In this document: positions 30,728 to 40,294 of the stretch, one piece after another
Layout of the letters: every line of letters starts with the position of its first letter
How positions within the stretch are numbered: position 1 is the first letter of the stretch
Assembly (NCBI GenBank): GCA_965655625.1
Contig: CBFHHA010000006.1
Span: 11,745 to 75,744, forward strand
Length of the DNA: 64,000 nt
Source: Flavobacteriales bacterium
GTDB taxonomy: Bacteria; Bacteroidota; Bacteroidia; Flavobacteriales_D; CAJJDF01
Direction of reading: 5' to 3'
The notes under the pieces: model-generated
The model's database searches: none
The model's input: only the letters and a program-made list of their open reading frames with translations
Told to the model about the DNA's origin: nothing
Translations under genes and position numbers: made by a program

Positions 30728-30749
30728 GAGCCCAGGTGGGCCCACAAAA
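30728..30749 (+). repeat. 22-bp direct repeat of the tRNA 3' end (att-like)
   Basis: GAGCCCAGGTGGGCCCACAAAA is identical at 30611-30632 and 30728-30749. Confidence 0.9.
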
Positions 30750-30910
30750 CGAAACCAATTCTTTTAAGCAATTGAAAGGTTTTTCGTTTTTTTCGTCTTG
30801 CCAAGTCTTTTTTTTCAGTTTTCAACACTCGTGAATAACTAAGTCACAATTCAATTCAATCTAATTATTCAATTGTTTATTTTCGTAAAGAAACTTATAG
30901 CAAACAACTC

Positions 30911-31735
30911 ATGAAACAATACCACGACCTACTTCAATACATACTCGATAATGGAGAGCAAAAAGGAGACCGGACGGGTACTGGGACCATTAGTTGTTTT
31001 GGTTACCAAATGAGATTTAATTTAGCAGAAGGATTCCCTATGGTTACCACAAAAAAGCTTCACCTCAAATCAATCATTCACGAATTATTATGGTTCCTTA
31101 AAGGAGATACAAATATCGCCTATTTACAGGAGAATAAAGTAAGAATATGGGATGATTGGGCAGACGAGGATGGGAATTTGGGGCCTGTTTACGGTCACCA
31201 ATGGAGAAACTGGAACAGTGACGGAATTGATCAAATTACTGAAGCGATAGATCAAATTAAAAACAACCCGAATAGTAGAAGAATAATGGTATCTGCTTGG
31301 AATCCCAGTGTCATGCCGGACACCAGCAAATCATTTTCGGAAAATGTCGAAAATGGTAAAGCTGCTTTACCTCCCTGTCATGCATTTTTTCAATTTTATG
31401 TTACCAATGGCAAATTATCATGTCAATTGTATCAAAGAAGTGCGGATACTTTTTTGGGAGTTCCTTTCAACATTGCTTCCTATGCCCTTTTCACCATGAT
31501 GGTTGCCCAAGTATGTGAACTAGAATACGGTGATTTTATTCACACATTTGGCGATGTTCATTTATACAACAACCACATCGAGCAAGCTCAGCTCCAACTA
31601 ACTAGAGAACCACGCACACTTCCTACGATGAAATTGAATCCTTCCATCACAAATATTTTTGATTTTACATTTGAGGATTTCAATTTGATCGATTACAATC
31701 CACACCCACACATAAAAGCATCGGTTTCGGTATAA
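30911..31735 (+). CDS. thyA: Thymidylate synthase
   Basis: [40 protein letters not shown]. Confidence 0.97.
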   Translation: MKQYHDLLQYILDNGEQKGDRTGTGTISCFGYQMRFNLAEGFPMVTTKKLHLKSIIHELLWFLKGDTNIAYLQENKVRIWDDWADEDGNLGPVYGHQWRNWNSDGIDQITEAIDQIKNNPNSRRIMVSAWNPSVMPDTSKSFSENVENGKAALPPCHAFFQFYVTNGKLSCQLYQRSADTFLGVPFNIASYALFTMMVAQVCELEYGDFIHTFGDVHLYNNHIEQAQLQLTREPRTLPTMKLNPSITNIFDFTFEDFNLIDYNPHPHIKASVSV

Positions 31736-32138
31736 GCGAAAAATACAATTTACAATTAAAAAAGAATCAACAACATTGAAATGGATTGCCCATTCATTTG
31801 GTTCTTTTTTGCTGTTTTAGGGGCCGAACTATTCATATTTCGTTTGACAATTACCCTCTACTCTAGTTGAAAATTAAAACAGAAATCAACTTTATTTTCC
31901 CGCATTTATTTTCTCAACACAATTCATATTTGCCGATTGAATAAACCCAAAAACTGAACTAAAATTGATCTGTTTTTTTATTGTAAAATATTGTTAACAT
32001 CATAAAATATACTCACAAAGAATGATCAGAACAATAAAACTTAACATGTTCTTGTTTACAATTATGCAATTTACTAAATCAAGATTCACAACATAAGTGT
32101 AATTTTATCCTGTAAAAAACTAACAAATAAAAATCGAT

Positions 32139-32831
32139 ATGATACAAGAAGCAGCAAGCGCAGGAGCAGCAATGGATTCAGTTGCTAACTCAACAATAGC
32201 GGAAATGTCCGTTATGGAAATCATCAATGAATCTAATTCTTGGTATATTTTAATCCCGTTGCTGTTAATGTCTGGGTATGCAATTTACATTTTTGTAGAG
32301 AGATTTATGACTCTGAGAAGAGCTTCGAATGACGAAAAACAATTCATGTCTAGAATTAAAGATTATGTTCAAGATGGCAAATTGGATTCGGCTAAAAATC
32401 TTTGTGAAACTACTGACAGCCCAATAGCAAGAATGGTTGACAAAGGAGTATCTAGAATTGGAAAACCAATGCAAGACATCAAAGCCTCTATAGAGAATGT
32501 GGGGAAATTGGAAGTATCGAGATTAGAAAACAACCTTTCTGCTTTGGCCACCATTTCAGGGATTGCCCCTATGATTGGATTCCTAGGAACAGTTTTGGGA
32601 ATGATTAAAGTATTTTATGATTTAAAGAACACGGGGATCAAAGCAAATTTCCTTGAAGCCTTGTCTGAAGGAATTATGATGGCGATGGTCACAACTGTTG
32701 CTGGTTTGATTGTAGGAATTTTAGCCTACTTCTTCTATAACTTTTTGGTTGCAAGAGTATCTAAAGTTGTGCAAAACATGGAAGCTCATTCAATTGAATT
32801 TATTGACATCTTGGAGGAGCCAGGTAAATAA
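32139..32831 (+). CDS. exbB: MotA/TolQ/ExbB proton channel protein
   Basis: LATISGIAPMIGFLGTVLGMI, AMVTTVAGL. Confidence 0.9.
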   Translation: MIQEAASAGAAMDSVANSTIAEMSVMEIINESNSWYILIPLLLMSGYAIYIFVERFMTLRRASNDEKQFMSRIKDYVQDGKLDSAKNLCETTDSPIARMVDKGVSRIGKPMQDIKASIENVGKLEVSRLENNLSALATISGIAPMIGFLGTVLGMIKVFYDLKNTGIKANFLEALSEGIMMAMVTTVAGLIVGILAYFFYNFLVARVSKVVQNMEAHSIEFIDILEEPGK

Positions 32832-32897
32832 AATAATTCTTTTCTCAACATCGAGTTGATTCGAAATTAAGACCAACCAACTAAAAATCTTTGAACT

Positions 32898-33287
32898 ATG
32901 AGTTTAATTAGTCAAAATAAAATTAAAATAGAAGGAGGCATGTCGTCCATGACTGATCTTGTCTTTCTTTTGTTGATATTCTTTATTATTCTATCGGCAT
33001 TAGCAAAAAATGCCGTGGACGTAGACCTACCGCAAGGAGGTGCTTCTTCTCCATCAAAGCCAGCTTTGGCAAGTGTGGTAATCAAACCTGACAACACAAT
33101 TACTTTGAATAATAAAACAGTAGATTTGGCTCAAATTGAAACAGCTATACTAGCGGCAGTTGCGGAAGACGAAGAAAAAGTTGTGGAACTTTATGGAGAT
33201 ATGGAATCAAATTACGGAACAGTTTTCAACATCATTGAAATTTCTAAAAGGAATCAACTCAAGGTTTTACTAATGTCTAAGAAGTAA
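32898..33287 (+). CDS. exbD: ExbD/TolR protein
   Basis: SMTDLVFLLLIFF..VDLP. Confidence 0.9.
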   Translation: MSLISQNKIKIEGGMSSMTDLVFLLLIFFIILSALAKNAVDVDLPQGGASSPSKPALASVVIKPDNTITLNNKTVDLAQIETAILAAVAEDEEKVVELYGDMESNYGTVFNIIEISKRNQLKVLLMSKK

Positions 33288-33338
33288 CATTCACAATTTT
33301 ATTTCATAAATTACGTTAATCTCCAAATCCCTGACATT

Positions 33339-34064
33339 ATGAGTGAAGAAGAAAAGAAAAATAAAACGCTAGGCATCCTAATCACCAGTGTATTTCATGT
33401 GGCAGTGGTGTTGCTACTTTTTGCTTTTTCTATGTCTACAGAAGGAAAGAAAGAAGAGCCAGTGATGTTGGTGATGGATTTTTCTGCTGGATCCAGTTCA
33501 GCTGGTGGAAGTAGTTCACCAAGCGAAACTTCAAACCCAACTGAAGACCCCCAGCCGATAAACAAAGTAGACCCAGTGAAAACTCAGACTCAAGAATCGG
33601 CAGCGAATAGATCGAACAAAGCTCGAAGCGAAAGTTCTAACAACAAAAATACAGATGAAAAACAACCGAATACAAACGCTTTAGCTAGTGGTGCCTTTGG
33701 TGGAAATGGAACTGGAAAAGCAGATGGCGATGGAAACGGAGAGAACCCAGGATTGGGTGAAGGGGAAAATGGTCCTGGAGTAAAAGGTAAAATTGGCGCA
33801 TTAGGCTCTGGTGATGGAATTCCTCCAAAAGTTTCAAACCCTACGCGAGATCAAGAAGGAAAAGTAGTTATTGAACTAACCGTGGACAAACAAGGAAACG
33901 TAGTAGATGTAAAAGTTTTATCTAATCACAAAGAAACCACAACAACAGATCCTGTTTTACTTAATCAGGCCAAGAAAGATGGATTTAGGTATAAATTCAA
34001 ACCGGATAATAGAAGAGCTGACCTAAGCAAAGGCCTCAGAAAAATAAACTATGTACTTCGATAA
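33339..34064 (+). CDS. TonB-like energy transducer
   Basis: N-terminal TM with SxxxH, low-complexity linker, EGKVVIELTVDKQGNV TonB_C; follows exbBD. Confidence 0.82.
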   Translation: MSEEEKKNKTLGILITSVFHVAVVLLLFAFSMSTEGKKEEPVMLVMDFSAGSSSAGGSSSPSETSNPTEDPQPINKVDPVKTQTQESAANRSNKARSESSNNKNTDEKQPNTNALASGAFGGNGTGKADGDGNGENPGLGEGENGPGVKGKIGALGSGDGIPPKVSNPTRDQEGKVVIELTVDKQGNVVDVKVLSNHKETTTTDPVLLNQAKKDGFRYKFKPDNRRADLSKGLRKINYVLR

Positions 34065-34070
34065 ACGAAA

Positions 34071-35294
34071 GTGAAAACCTACCAAGAAACCCTCGATTTT
34101 CTTTTTTCACAGCTTCCCCAATTTCAGAAAATTGGGCAAAAAGCATACAAAGCGAACTTAGATAACATCCGTGCTATTTGCGATGTTTTACAAAATCCTC
34201 AAAACAACCTCCACACTATTCATGTTGCTGGAAGTAACGGAAAAGGCTCTACCTCACACATGTTGGCCTCTGTACTTCAAGAAGCTGGATACAAGGTTGG
34301 ATTGTACACCTCCCCTCACCTAAAGGACTTTAGAGAAAGAATTAAAATTAACGGACAAGAAATTTCGGAAGAAAAAGTCATCCAATTTGTGGAAGAGTTT
34401 CAGCCGAAATTAAAAGAAATAAAACCTTCGTTCTTTGAATGGACGGTAGGCTTAGCCTTTTATTATTTTCATCAAGAAAAAACCGACATCAATGTAATTG
34501 AAACAGGGCTGGGAGGCAGATTGGACTCAACGAATATCATTCAGCCGGTTGTATCTGTCATTACAAATATTTCGCTTGAACACACCGCGATATTAGGAGA
34601 TACAATTGAAAAAATTGCAGCGGAAAAAGCAGGAATTATAAAATTCAAAACTCCCGTAATTATTGGCAAAACTCAAAAGAAAACAACCAGTGTATTCGAA
34701 AAGCAAGCAGAGCGAAACGAATCCACTATTTTCTTTGCAGATTCAGTGCCTGACCTTGATGTATCTTTAGATCTTATCGGTCAAATTCAACAGGAAAATG
34801 CAAAAACTGCTTGGAAAACTTGTGAGGTTTTGGCTACTCAGGGTTTCGCAACATCAAAGAATGAGCGAATCAGTGGATTAGAAAATGTATTGAAGAACAC
34901 TCGATTACAAGGGAGATTTCAAATTGTAAGTACCTCCCCACTTATCGTATTTGATACAGCCCACAATCCAGATGGAATAAAAGCATTGTGCAGAGAGATC
35001 AAAAGAATAAAGCCTACTCGAATTCATTTTGTGTTAGGAATGGCTCGTGATAAAAATCACGATGAAATGTTCAAACAGTTCCCAAAAAACTCCTTATTTT
35101 ATTTTTGTTCATCAACCAACGAAAGAGTAATTTCGGGAAAATCATTGAAAAATATCGCATTCGGGCTAAACCGAATTGGAAATGATTACTCTTCGGTTAA
35201 AAGTGGTTTAGAGGCCGCAAAAAAGACCGCCTCAAAAACAGAAATGATTGTGGTTACAGGAAGTAATTTTGTAATTGCAGACGTACTCTCATAA
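34071..35294 (+). CDS. folC: Bifunctional folylpolyglutamate/dihydrofolate synthase
   Basis: IHVAGSNGKGS, YTSPHL, ETGLGGRLDSTN, DTAHN; GTG start. Confidence 0.95.
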   Translation: MKTYQETLDFLFSQLPQFQKIGQKAYKANLDNIRAICDVLQNPQNNLHTIHVAGSNGKGSTSHMLASVLQEAGYKVGLYTSPHLKDFRERIKINGQEISEEKVIQFVEEFQPKLKEIKPSFFEWTVGLAFYYFHQEKTDINVIETGLGGRLDSTNIIQPVVSVITNISLEHTAILGDTIEKIAAEKAGIIKFKTPVIIGKTQKKTTSVFEKQAERNESTIFFADSVPDLDVSLDLIGQIQQENAKTAWKTCEVLATQGFATSKNERISGLENVLKNTRLQGRFQIVSTSPLIVFDTAHNPDGIKALCREIKRIKPTRIHFVLGMARDKNHDEMFKQFPKNSLFYFCSSTNERVISGKSLKNIAFGLNRIGNDYSSVKSGLEAAKKTASKTEMIVVTGSNFVIADVLS

Positions 35295-35304
35295 TGTTAG
35301 TCAC

Positions 35305-35337
35305 AAAAAAAACCTCAAAGATTTCTCCTTGAGGTTT
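35305..35337 (-). terminator. Intrinsic terminator between convergent folC and OmpA genes
   Basis: AAACCTCAA/TTGAGGTTT stem with an A-run giving a minus-strand U-tract. Confidence 0.65.
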
Positions 35338-35364
35338 CATTCTAATTACAGGTTAGTTTTGCAG

Positions 35365-36534
35365 TTAGTTTTGCAGTTTGAAAGCTACCCTTCTATTCTT
35401 TGCTTTTCCAACTAAGGTTCCTTCTCTGGATTCAGGCTCAGAATCATTCATTATTTCAGATTCAAATCTATCTTCTCCCAATCCATGGCTTTTCAAATAG
35501 TCAATCACATTCTTGATTCTTCTACTAGCCAAATCTAAATGAATCTCGTCCCCTCTTGCAGCAAGCGCCTCGTCCGCAGTTGTATGACCGTACACATTCA
35601 ATTTCATTGTTGGGTTTTCTATTAGTGTCAATGCCAATACATCCAAATCTTCTTTCGACCTTGGCAACAATGATGATTTCAAATAAGCAAAATATACCGT
35701 TGAGTTCGTTACTATTTGCTCAGGAGTAAATCCATCTACCGAACTACTTGCTTTGCTATACACCACTCTTTCAATTTCTTTTTCGTCAATTTCTCCACAC
35801 TCACATTTCTCACCTTCTTCCAATATTTTCACAACGACTTCATCAATATAATAGTAGGCATAAGGAATTTGAGCTCCATTAAAGTCTTTCTTCTTTCTCA
35901 ATTTTTTCCAATCAGTATCCGTTGTTTCATTGAAGTTGCCAATCGTAATGTATCTTTCTCCTCCATTGGCTACAAATTCTCCACACATAGTTTCCCAACT
36001 GTATCTTTTTTCGAATACCTTATTATCAGCAATTCTCACAAACTCTTCCCCTTTTGATAACACGATGTCTTTTTTACCTTCCACCTCAATTGGGTTTTTG
36101 GATAAAAATGCTCCGAGGTTGTTTACTGCATATTTCGACAAATCGGCCAAACTAACTTTGTAAGATACGCAGTACCTAGCGCCTTTTTTAAGTTTTTCTT
36201 TTAAATCTCTTGAAACGTAAGTTCTTGGGTCTTTTCCTCTGTAAGAGTAAGCAATAATTCCGGCATAATTATCTCCATCAGAAGGCTCTTCTTTTCCGTA
36301 AATATTGTCAGGAGCGCCAATCTCTGTTCCCTTTGCAGATTTCGTAAACAAATCAGCTCTCAATGAAGTTGGAGAAAACCAATCCATTGCTTTATTAATT
36401 TGTTTTAGTCGCTTCAATTTTCCTTTCGTTCCCTCAAAACTGTAGTTGTCAACCAAATTGTTGTCGTCTTGGGCGTAGGAATTTCCAACTAACGCAAAAG
36501 CCAAAAAGGCTCCGATAATGTATCTTTTTTTCAT
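35365..36534 (-). CDS. OmpA_C domain protein with N-terminal jelly-roll/CBM-like domain
   Basis: Signal peptide, NLVDNYSFE...YITIGNF...YYYIDEV, C-terminal YGHT...NRRV. Confidence 0.8.
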   Translation of the reverse strand: MKKRYIIGAFLAFALVGNSYAQDDNNLVDNYSFEGTKGKLKRLKQINKAMDWFSPTSLRADLFTKSAKGTEIGAPDNIYGKEEPSDGDNYAGIIAYSYRGKDPRTYVSRDLKEKLKKGARYCVSYKVSLADLSKYAVNNLGAFLSKNPIEVEGKKDIVLSKGEEFVRIADNKVFEKRYSWETMCGEFVANGGERYITIGNFNETTDTDWKKLRKKKDFNGAQIPYAYYYIDEVVVKILEEGEKCECGEIDEKEIERVVYSKASSSVDGFTPEQIVTNSTVYFAYLKSSLLPRSKEDLDVLALTLIENPTMKLNVYGHTTADEALAARGDEIHLDLASRRIKNVIDYLKSHGLGEDRFESEIMNDSEPESREGTLVGKAKNRRVAFKLQN

Positions 36535-36687
36535 AATATTTCTTTTAATAGGTTTAAAAATAAGAATCTATTTTCAATTACCAATGCTTGTTGAGTGATA
36601 AAATCAAATATCGTTCAGATTATTTACAACTTCAATGCCACAAAAAAAAATCTCAAGTCATTAACGGTTTCTTAACAAGAATGGTCG

Positions 36688-37470
36688 CTAACAAGAAATA
36701 AAATAAGGCACGTATAAATCTTCTTTGTTGTATCGCAGCGGCTTACCCGTTGCTTCCTTGTAAATATCCTTGCCAATTCCTTGCAAAATAGCATGGCCCG
36801 ATGCTGTATCCCATTCCATACATGGATAATCTCTTGGGTAAATATCTACTTGTCCTTTTGCCATCAAACAAAATTTTACGGAGCTGGCAACTTTTCGAAA
36901 CTCAATAGAATCATATTCTTTCCTCACCAAATTTGATTCTTCGTAAAAGAGTGTTGGTGTTGGTTTTCCTCCAGCTACAATCAGTACTTCTCTTGGTGTA
37001 TTTTCGCAAGGAAGCTCAATGAGTTGTTCCAGTTTCCTATCTTCTATCGTAGTAGCGTACGAACCGATTTCGGCTCCCCCAAAAAAGACCTCACCCGAAA
37101 CTGGAATTACAATCACTCCAAAGATTGGCTTTCCTCCTTTCACAAGTCCTATATTAATTGCGAAATTTTCTTTTCCTGCAATAAATTCCTTTGTTCCATC
37201 CAAAGGATCTACGATCCATAATTCATCCCATAATTTCCTTTCTTCAAACGGTATTTCACCGCCCTCTTCGCTCAACACTGGGATATTGGTTTTCTTCAAC
37301 TCATTGGTAATTATCCGAGACGACTCCAGATCTGCAACAGTAACGGGCGATTCGTCTGACTTAAATTCGGTTCCCAATTCATTGGTCCTAAAATAACCCA
37401 TAACCAGGCTCGTTGCCTGAATGGCAGCACGAATAGCCGTTTGGTAAGTATGTGGTAGTTCTAGCTTCAT
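36688..37470 (-). CDS. cysQ: 3'(2'),5'-bisphosphate nucleotidase
   Basis: KSDESPVTVAD, LSEE, WIVDPLDGTKEF, EWDTASGHA. Confidence 0.9.
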   Translation of the reverse strand: MKLELPHTYQTAIRAAIQATSLVMGYFRTNELGTEFKSDESPVTVADLESSRIITNELKKTNIPVLSEEGGEIPFEERKLWDELWIVDPLDGTKEFIAGKENFAINIGLVKGGKPIFGVIVIPVSGEVFFGGAEIGSYATTIEDRKLEQLIELPCENTPREVLIVAGGKPTPTLFYEESNLVRKEYDSIEFRKVASSVKFCLMAKGQVDIYPRDYPCMEWDTASGHAILQGIGKDIYKEATGKPLRYNKEDLYVPYFISC

Positions 37471-38183
37471 TATAAACTTCTATTCTCTCTAAATCTTTGT
37501 GATTGTCTTCTGGATACTTCTATTTCCTCCCCATTTTTCAAGGTTAATTTGAGCCCACCGCTAAACCAACTATCTACTTTTTCTACCCACGTCATATTCA
37601 CAATATGCTTCCTATTTACCCGAAAAAACTCTTTTTCATCCAATCTCTCCTCAATCTTGTTTAACGACCTCAACAGCATCGGTTTATTATCGCCAAAATA
37701 CACCTTCACGTAATTCCCAACCGATTCAAACAATCTAATTTCACTAAGTTTAACAAACCAACAGTTGTCACCATCTTTGATAAAAATCTGATCATCGTAC
37801 CCCAATTTGGAACCTTGCTCTGTTTCAGTTTTTCTTTTTGGTCCTTCTAATTTGTTCATTATTTGGTCGAGTCTTTTGGGATCAACCGGTTTCAAAATAT
37901 AATCAGTAGCGTTTACCTCAAAGGCTTTTATTGCGTATTCATCAAATGCAGTTACAAATACCACTTGGGGAATATTCTCTAATTCTTCCAGCAAATAAAA
38001 TCCTGTTTTTTCGGGCATTTGAATGTCAAGAAAAATCAAATCTGGCTGGTGTTTTTTGATCGAAATTAGCGCCTCATCCACATTGGCACACTCATCTACA
38101 ACTTCTATGAAATCATAGTCGTTCAGCAAAGTGGAAAGTTCTTTTCTAGCAAGTCGTTCGTCATCTACAAGGATAGTTTTCAT
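37470..38183 (-). CDS. LytTR family response regulator
   Basis: VDDE, FLDIQMP, DYILKP receiver; FFRVNRKHIVN...VSRR LytTR domain. Confidence 0.94.
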   Translation of the reverse strand: MKTILVDDERLARKELSTLLNDYDFIEVVDECANVDEALISIKKHQPDLIFLDIQMPEKTGFYLLEELENIPQVVFVTAFDEYAIKAFEVNATDYILKPVDPKRLDQIMNKLEGPKRKTETEQGSKLGYDDQIFIKDGDNCWFVKLSEIRLFESVGNYVKVYFGDNKPMLLRSLNKIEERLDEKEFFRVNRKHIVNMTWVEKVDSWFSGGLKLTLKNGEEIEVSRRQSQRFRENRSL

Positions 38184-39229
38184 AAGATAGTTTTTAGCGG
38201 AATAGAGATGTTCGCGACCACTCCATTCTGGTTTGAGCCAAGTGTAAATGAGGCCATTTTTCCGTAAAGCAACTCGAGTCGTTTTTGTGTGTTTTCAATT
38301 CCGATTTGGGTGCCTGATTCCGATTGCGAAAAGAGTGAACCAGGATTGCTTATTTTAATATTGAGCAACTCTCCTTCTAGCCTAGCAGAAATATGTAACT
38401 CACCTCCCTTTTTAAATTTAGAAATTCCGTGTTTTATGGCATTTTCTACTAGGGTTTGAATGAGCAAAGGAGGAATTTGGCAAAAAAGTGACTCTTCTGA
38501 GATTTCCAATTTAACTTGAAGTCTTTCTTCATACCTAATTTTTTCTAAACTCAAATAATCAGAAACCATAGTCATCTCCTGTTTTAAACTCACAAGTTCT
38601 TTTTTGGTGTGCACCAAAGAATTACGCAACACATTAGATAATTCGGTTATGGCTTTCTTAGATTTCGATGGATCTTCATCAATCAATGCGCGAATACTAT
38701 TCATCGCATTGAACATAAAATGTGGATTGAGTTGAGAACGTAAGTTTTTTAATTCTGTTTCGGCATTAAGTGCTTGAAGCTGGATGTTCTTGAATTCGAT
38801 AATTCTCGCTTTGTAAAATAACAAGTATCCAAAATACAACAAGTTCCAAATAAAGTAGACAAAAGTCCCAAACAACCAATCGTTCGGAGAAAGCAAGTGA
38901 AGTGGGGTGTCGAACACCAATACGTTGCTTGTATTAATAATGAATGAAAATATCAAACCAAGAAAAACACTTGACAACCCTATCCTAAACCACAATATAT
39001 TCAGTTTTACTTGGAGCCAACCTCGTTGGTTTATAAAAAGACGGTACAGGTGACTCGTTACTATATTCAGTACAAAAACATTTAATAAAAATAATATCAA
39101 CTCGTAAGAAAACCCTTCCTGCTTTACATTAAACAAAGCAATAAGTGCCACAAAAAAACCCCAACCAATGAGTTGGAAGATGAAGTATTGAGTCCTGAAA
39201 TTAACTTTTATTTCGGTAGATTTAGCCAT
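38180..39229 (-). CDS. LytS-type sensor histidine kinase
   Basis: N-terminal TM helices, LRSQLNPHFMFNAMNSI, LVENAIKHG, GIENTQKRL. Confidence 0.93.
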   Translation of the reverse strand: MAKSTEIKVNFRTQYFIFQLIGWGFFVALIALFNVKQEGFSYELILFLLNVFVLNIVTSHLYRLFINQRGWLQVKLNILWFRIGLSSVFLGLIFSFIINTSNVLVFDTPLHLLSPNDWLFGTFVYFIWNLLYFGYLLFYKARIIEFKNIQLQALNAETELKNLRSQLNPHFMFNAMNSIRALIDEDPSKSKKAITELSNVLRNSLVHTKKELVSLKQEMTMVSDYLSLEKIRYEERLQVKLEISEESLFCQIPPLLIQTLVENAIKHGISKFKKGGELHISARLEGELLNIKISNPGSLFSQSESGTQIGIENTQKRLELLYGKMASFTLGSNQNGVVANISIPLKTIL

Positions 39230-39262
39230 GGCATGACTAAGTTACATTTTTTTTAAAAACTC

Positions 39263-40291
39263 CTAATTATTATACGACAAACGGGGAATAAGCCGGTAGA
39301 ATACCTCTACAAAAAACCCGAACATCAAAATCGAAAGCAATAAATGAATGGGTTGTGCAAATGCTTGCATTCCAAAATAATACATAATTATTCCTGCAGA
39401 AATTTCAAACAACGTAAAAACCAAAATAAAGGTAAGCGGCCTTTTAAACCTCTTATCTCGGTAAAGCTTAATCATCAGAAATGCAAGACAAGCAATAACC
39501 AGGTATGAGAAAGTTCGATGAATGATGAACATAGAATCAAAGCTATCGGCAATTAATTCTCTTGGCACACCAGCTTTAAACAGAGTATCGGTTTGTTGCC
39601 TTACCTGAGTTCCCAATACTATTTGCAAAAACATTACTACAATCGATACCAAACTCACTGCTTTCACTAAGCCAGGCGAAGAAGTTATGGAACTTTGGGA
39701 CGACTCTCGCTTTATCAATTTGAGCAAAAGCAACTGAACCATGACCATGACGACCACACCTATCATGTGGTAGGTAATCATGTAAGGATTTAAGTTTGTA
39801 TCTACAGTTAATTTACCCAACCATGCTTGAAACAAAATCAAAAACAACTGAATTACAGCTAACCCCAAGAACCATTTGTTTATTTTCCATTTTCGAGCAG
39901 CCAACACGATAGTAATCAATGCTACAAACCCCAAAAGAGCTCCCAAGAGTCGATTGATATATTCAGTCCAGGTATGGAACACATTGAAAATAGCGTAATC
40001 GTGTTTTGTGTATTTTGTCCAATTTTGAGGATTGTAGTTTTCACCTGCTACAAACTTGGAGTTAGACTTCCACAAAGATTCTTCGTGAATAATCATTTGT
40101 CCTTCTGCAAATTCTTTGCCTTCCTTCCACTCAATTTGCGATTGCTGAGTAGGGGGAATTATGTAACCGAAACACTTGGGCCAATCAGGACAGCCCATTC
40201 CGGAACCTGTCATTCGCACTACACTTCCTGCAACGATTACTAGAAAAATGTTGATGAGTACAATCCAAGAAAAACGATGTAAACTTTTCAT
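39263..40291 (-). CDS. ctaA: Heme A synthase (COX15/CtaA family)
   Basis: GSGMGCPDWPKC, EYINR, ITYH, IHR, PIHL; about 8 TM helices. Confidence 0.88.
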   Translation of the reverse strand: MKSLHRFSWIVLINIFLVIVAGSVVRMTGSGMGCPDWPKCFGYIIPPTQQSQIEWKEGKEFAEGQMIIHEESLWKSNSKFVAGENYNPQNWTKYTKHDYAIFNVFHTWTEYINRLLGALLGFVALITIVLAARKWKINKWFLGLAVIQLFLILFQAWLGKLTVDTNLNPYMITYHMIGVVVMVMVQLLLLKLIKRESSQSSITSSPGLVKAVSLVSIVVMFLQIVLGTQVRQQTDTLFKAGVPRELIADSFDSMFIIHRTFSYLVIACLAFLMIKLYRDKRFKRPLTFILVFTLFEISAGIIMYYFGMQAFAQPIHLLLSILMFGFFVEVFYRLIPRLSYNN

Positions 40292-40294
40292 TAG

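Noticed and set aside
30611-30749. Direct repeats as a possible CRISPR array
   Set aside because: Only two copies, derived from the tRNA, with a 95-bp spacer and no cas genes
30573-30758. 61-aa minus-strand ORF with repeated FCGPTWA
   Set aside because: It is the antisense reading of the tRNA and its duplicated 3' end, not a protein
31736-32138. 400-bp intergenic gap with GGGGCCGAA (tmRNA-like start) and 21-26 codon ORFs
   Set aside because: No tRNA-like 3' end, tag frame or convincing structure; AT-rich and consistent with the exbB promoter region
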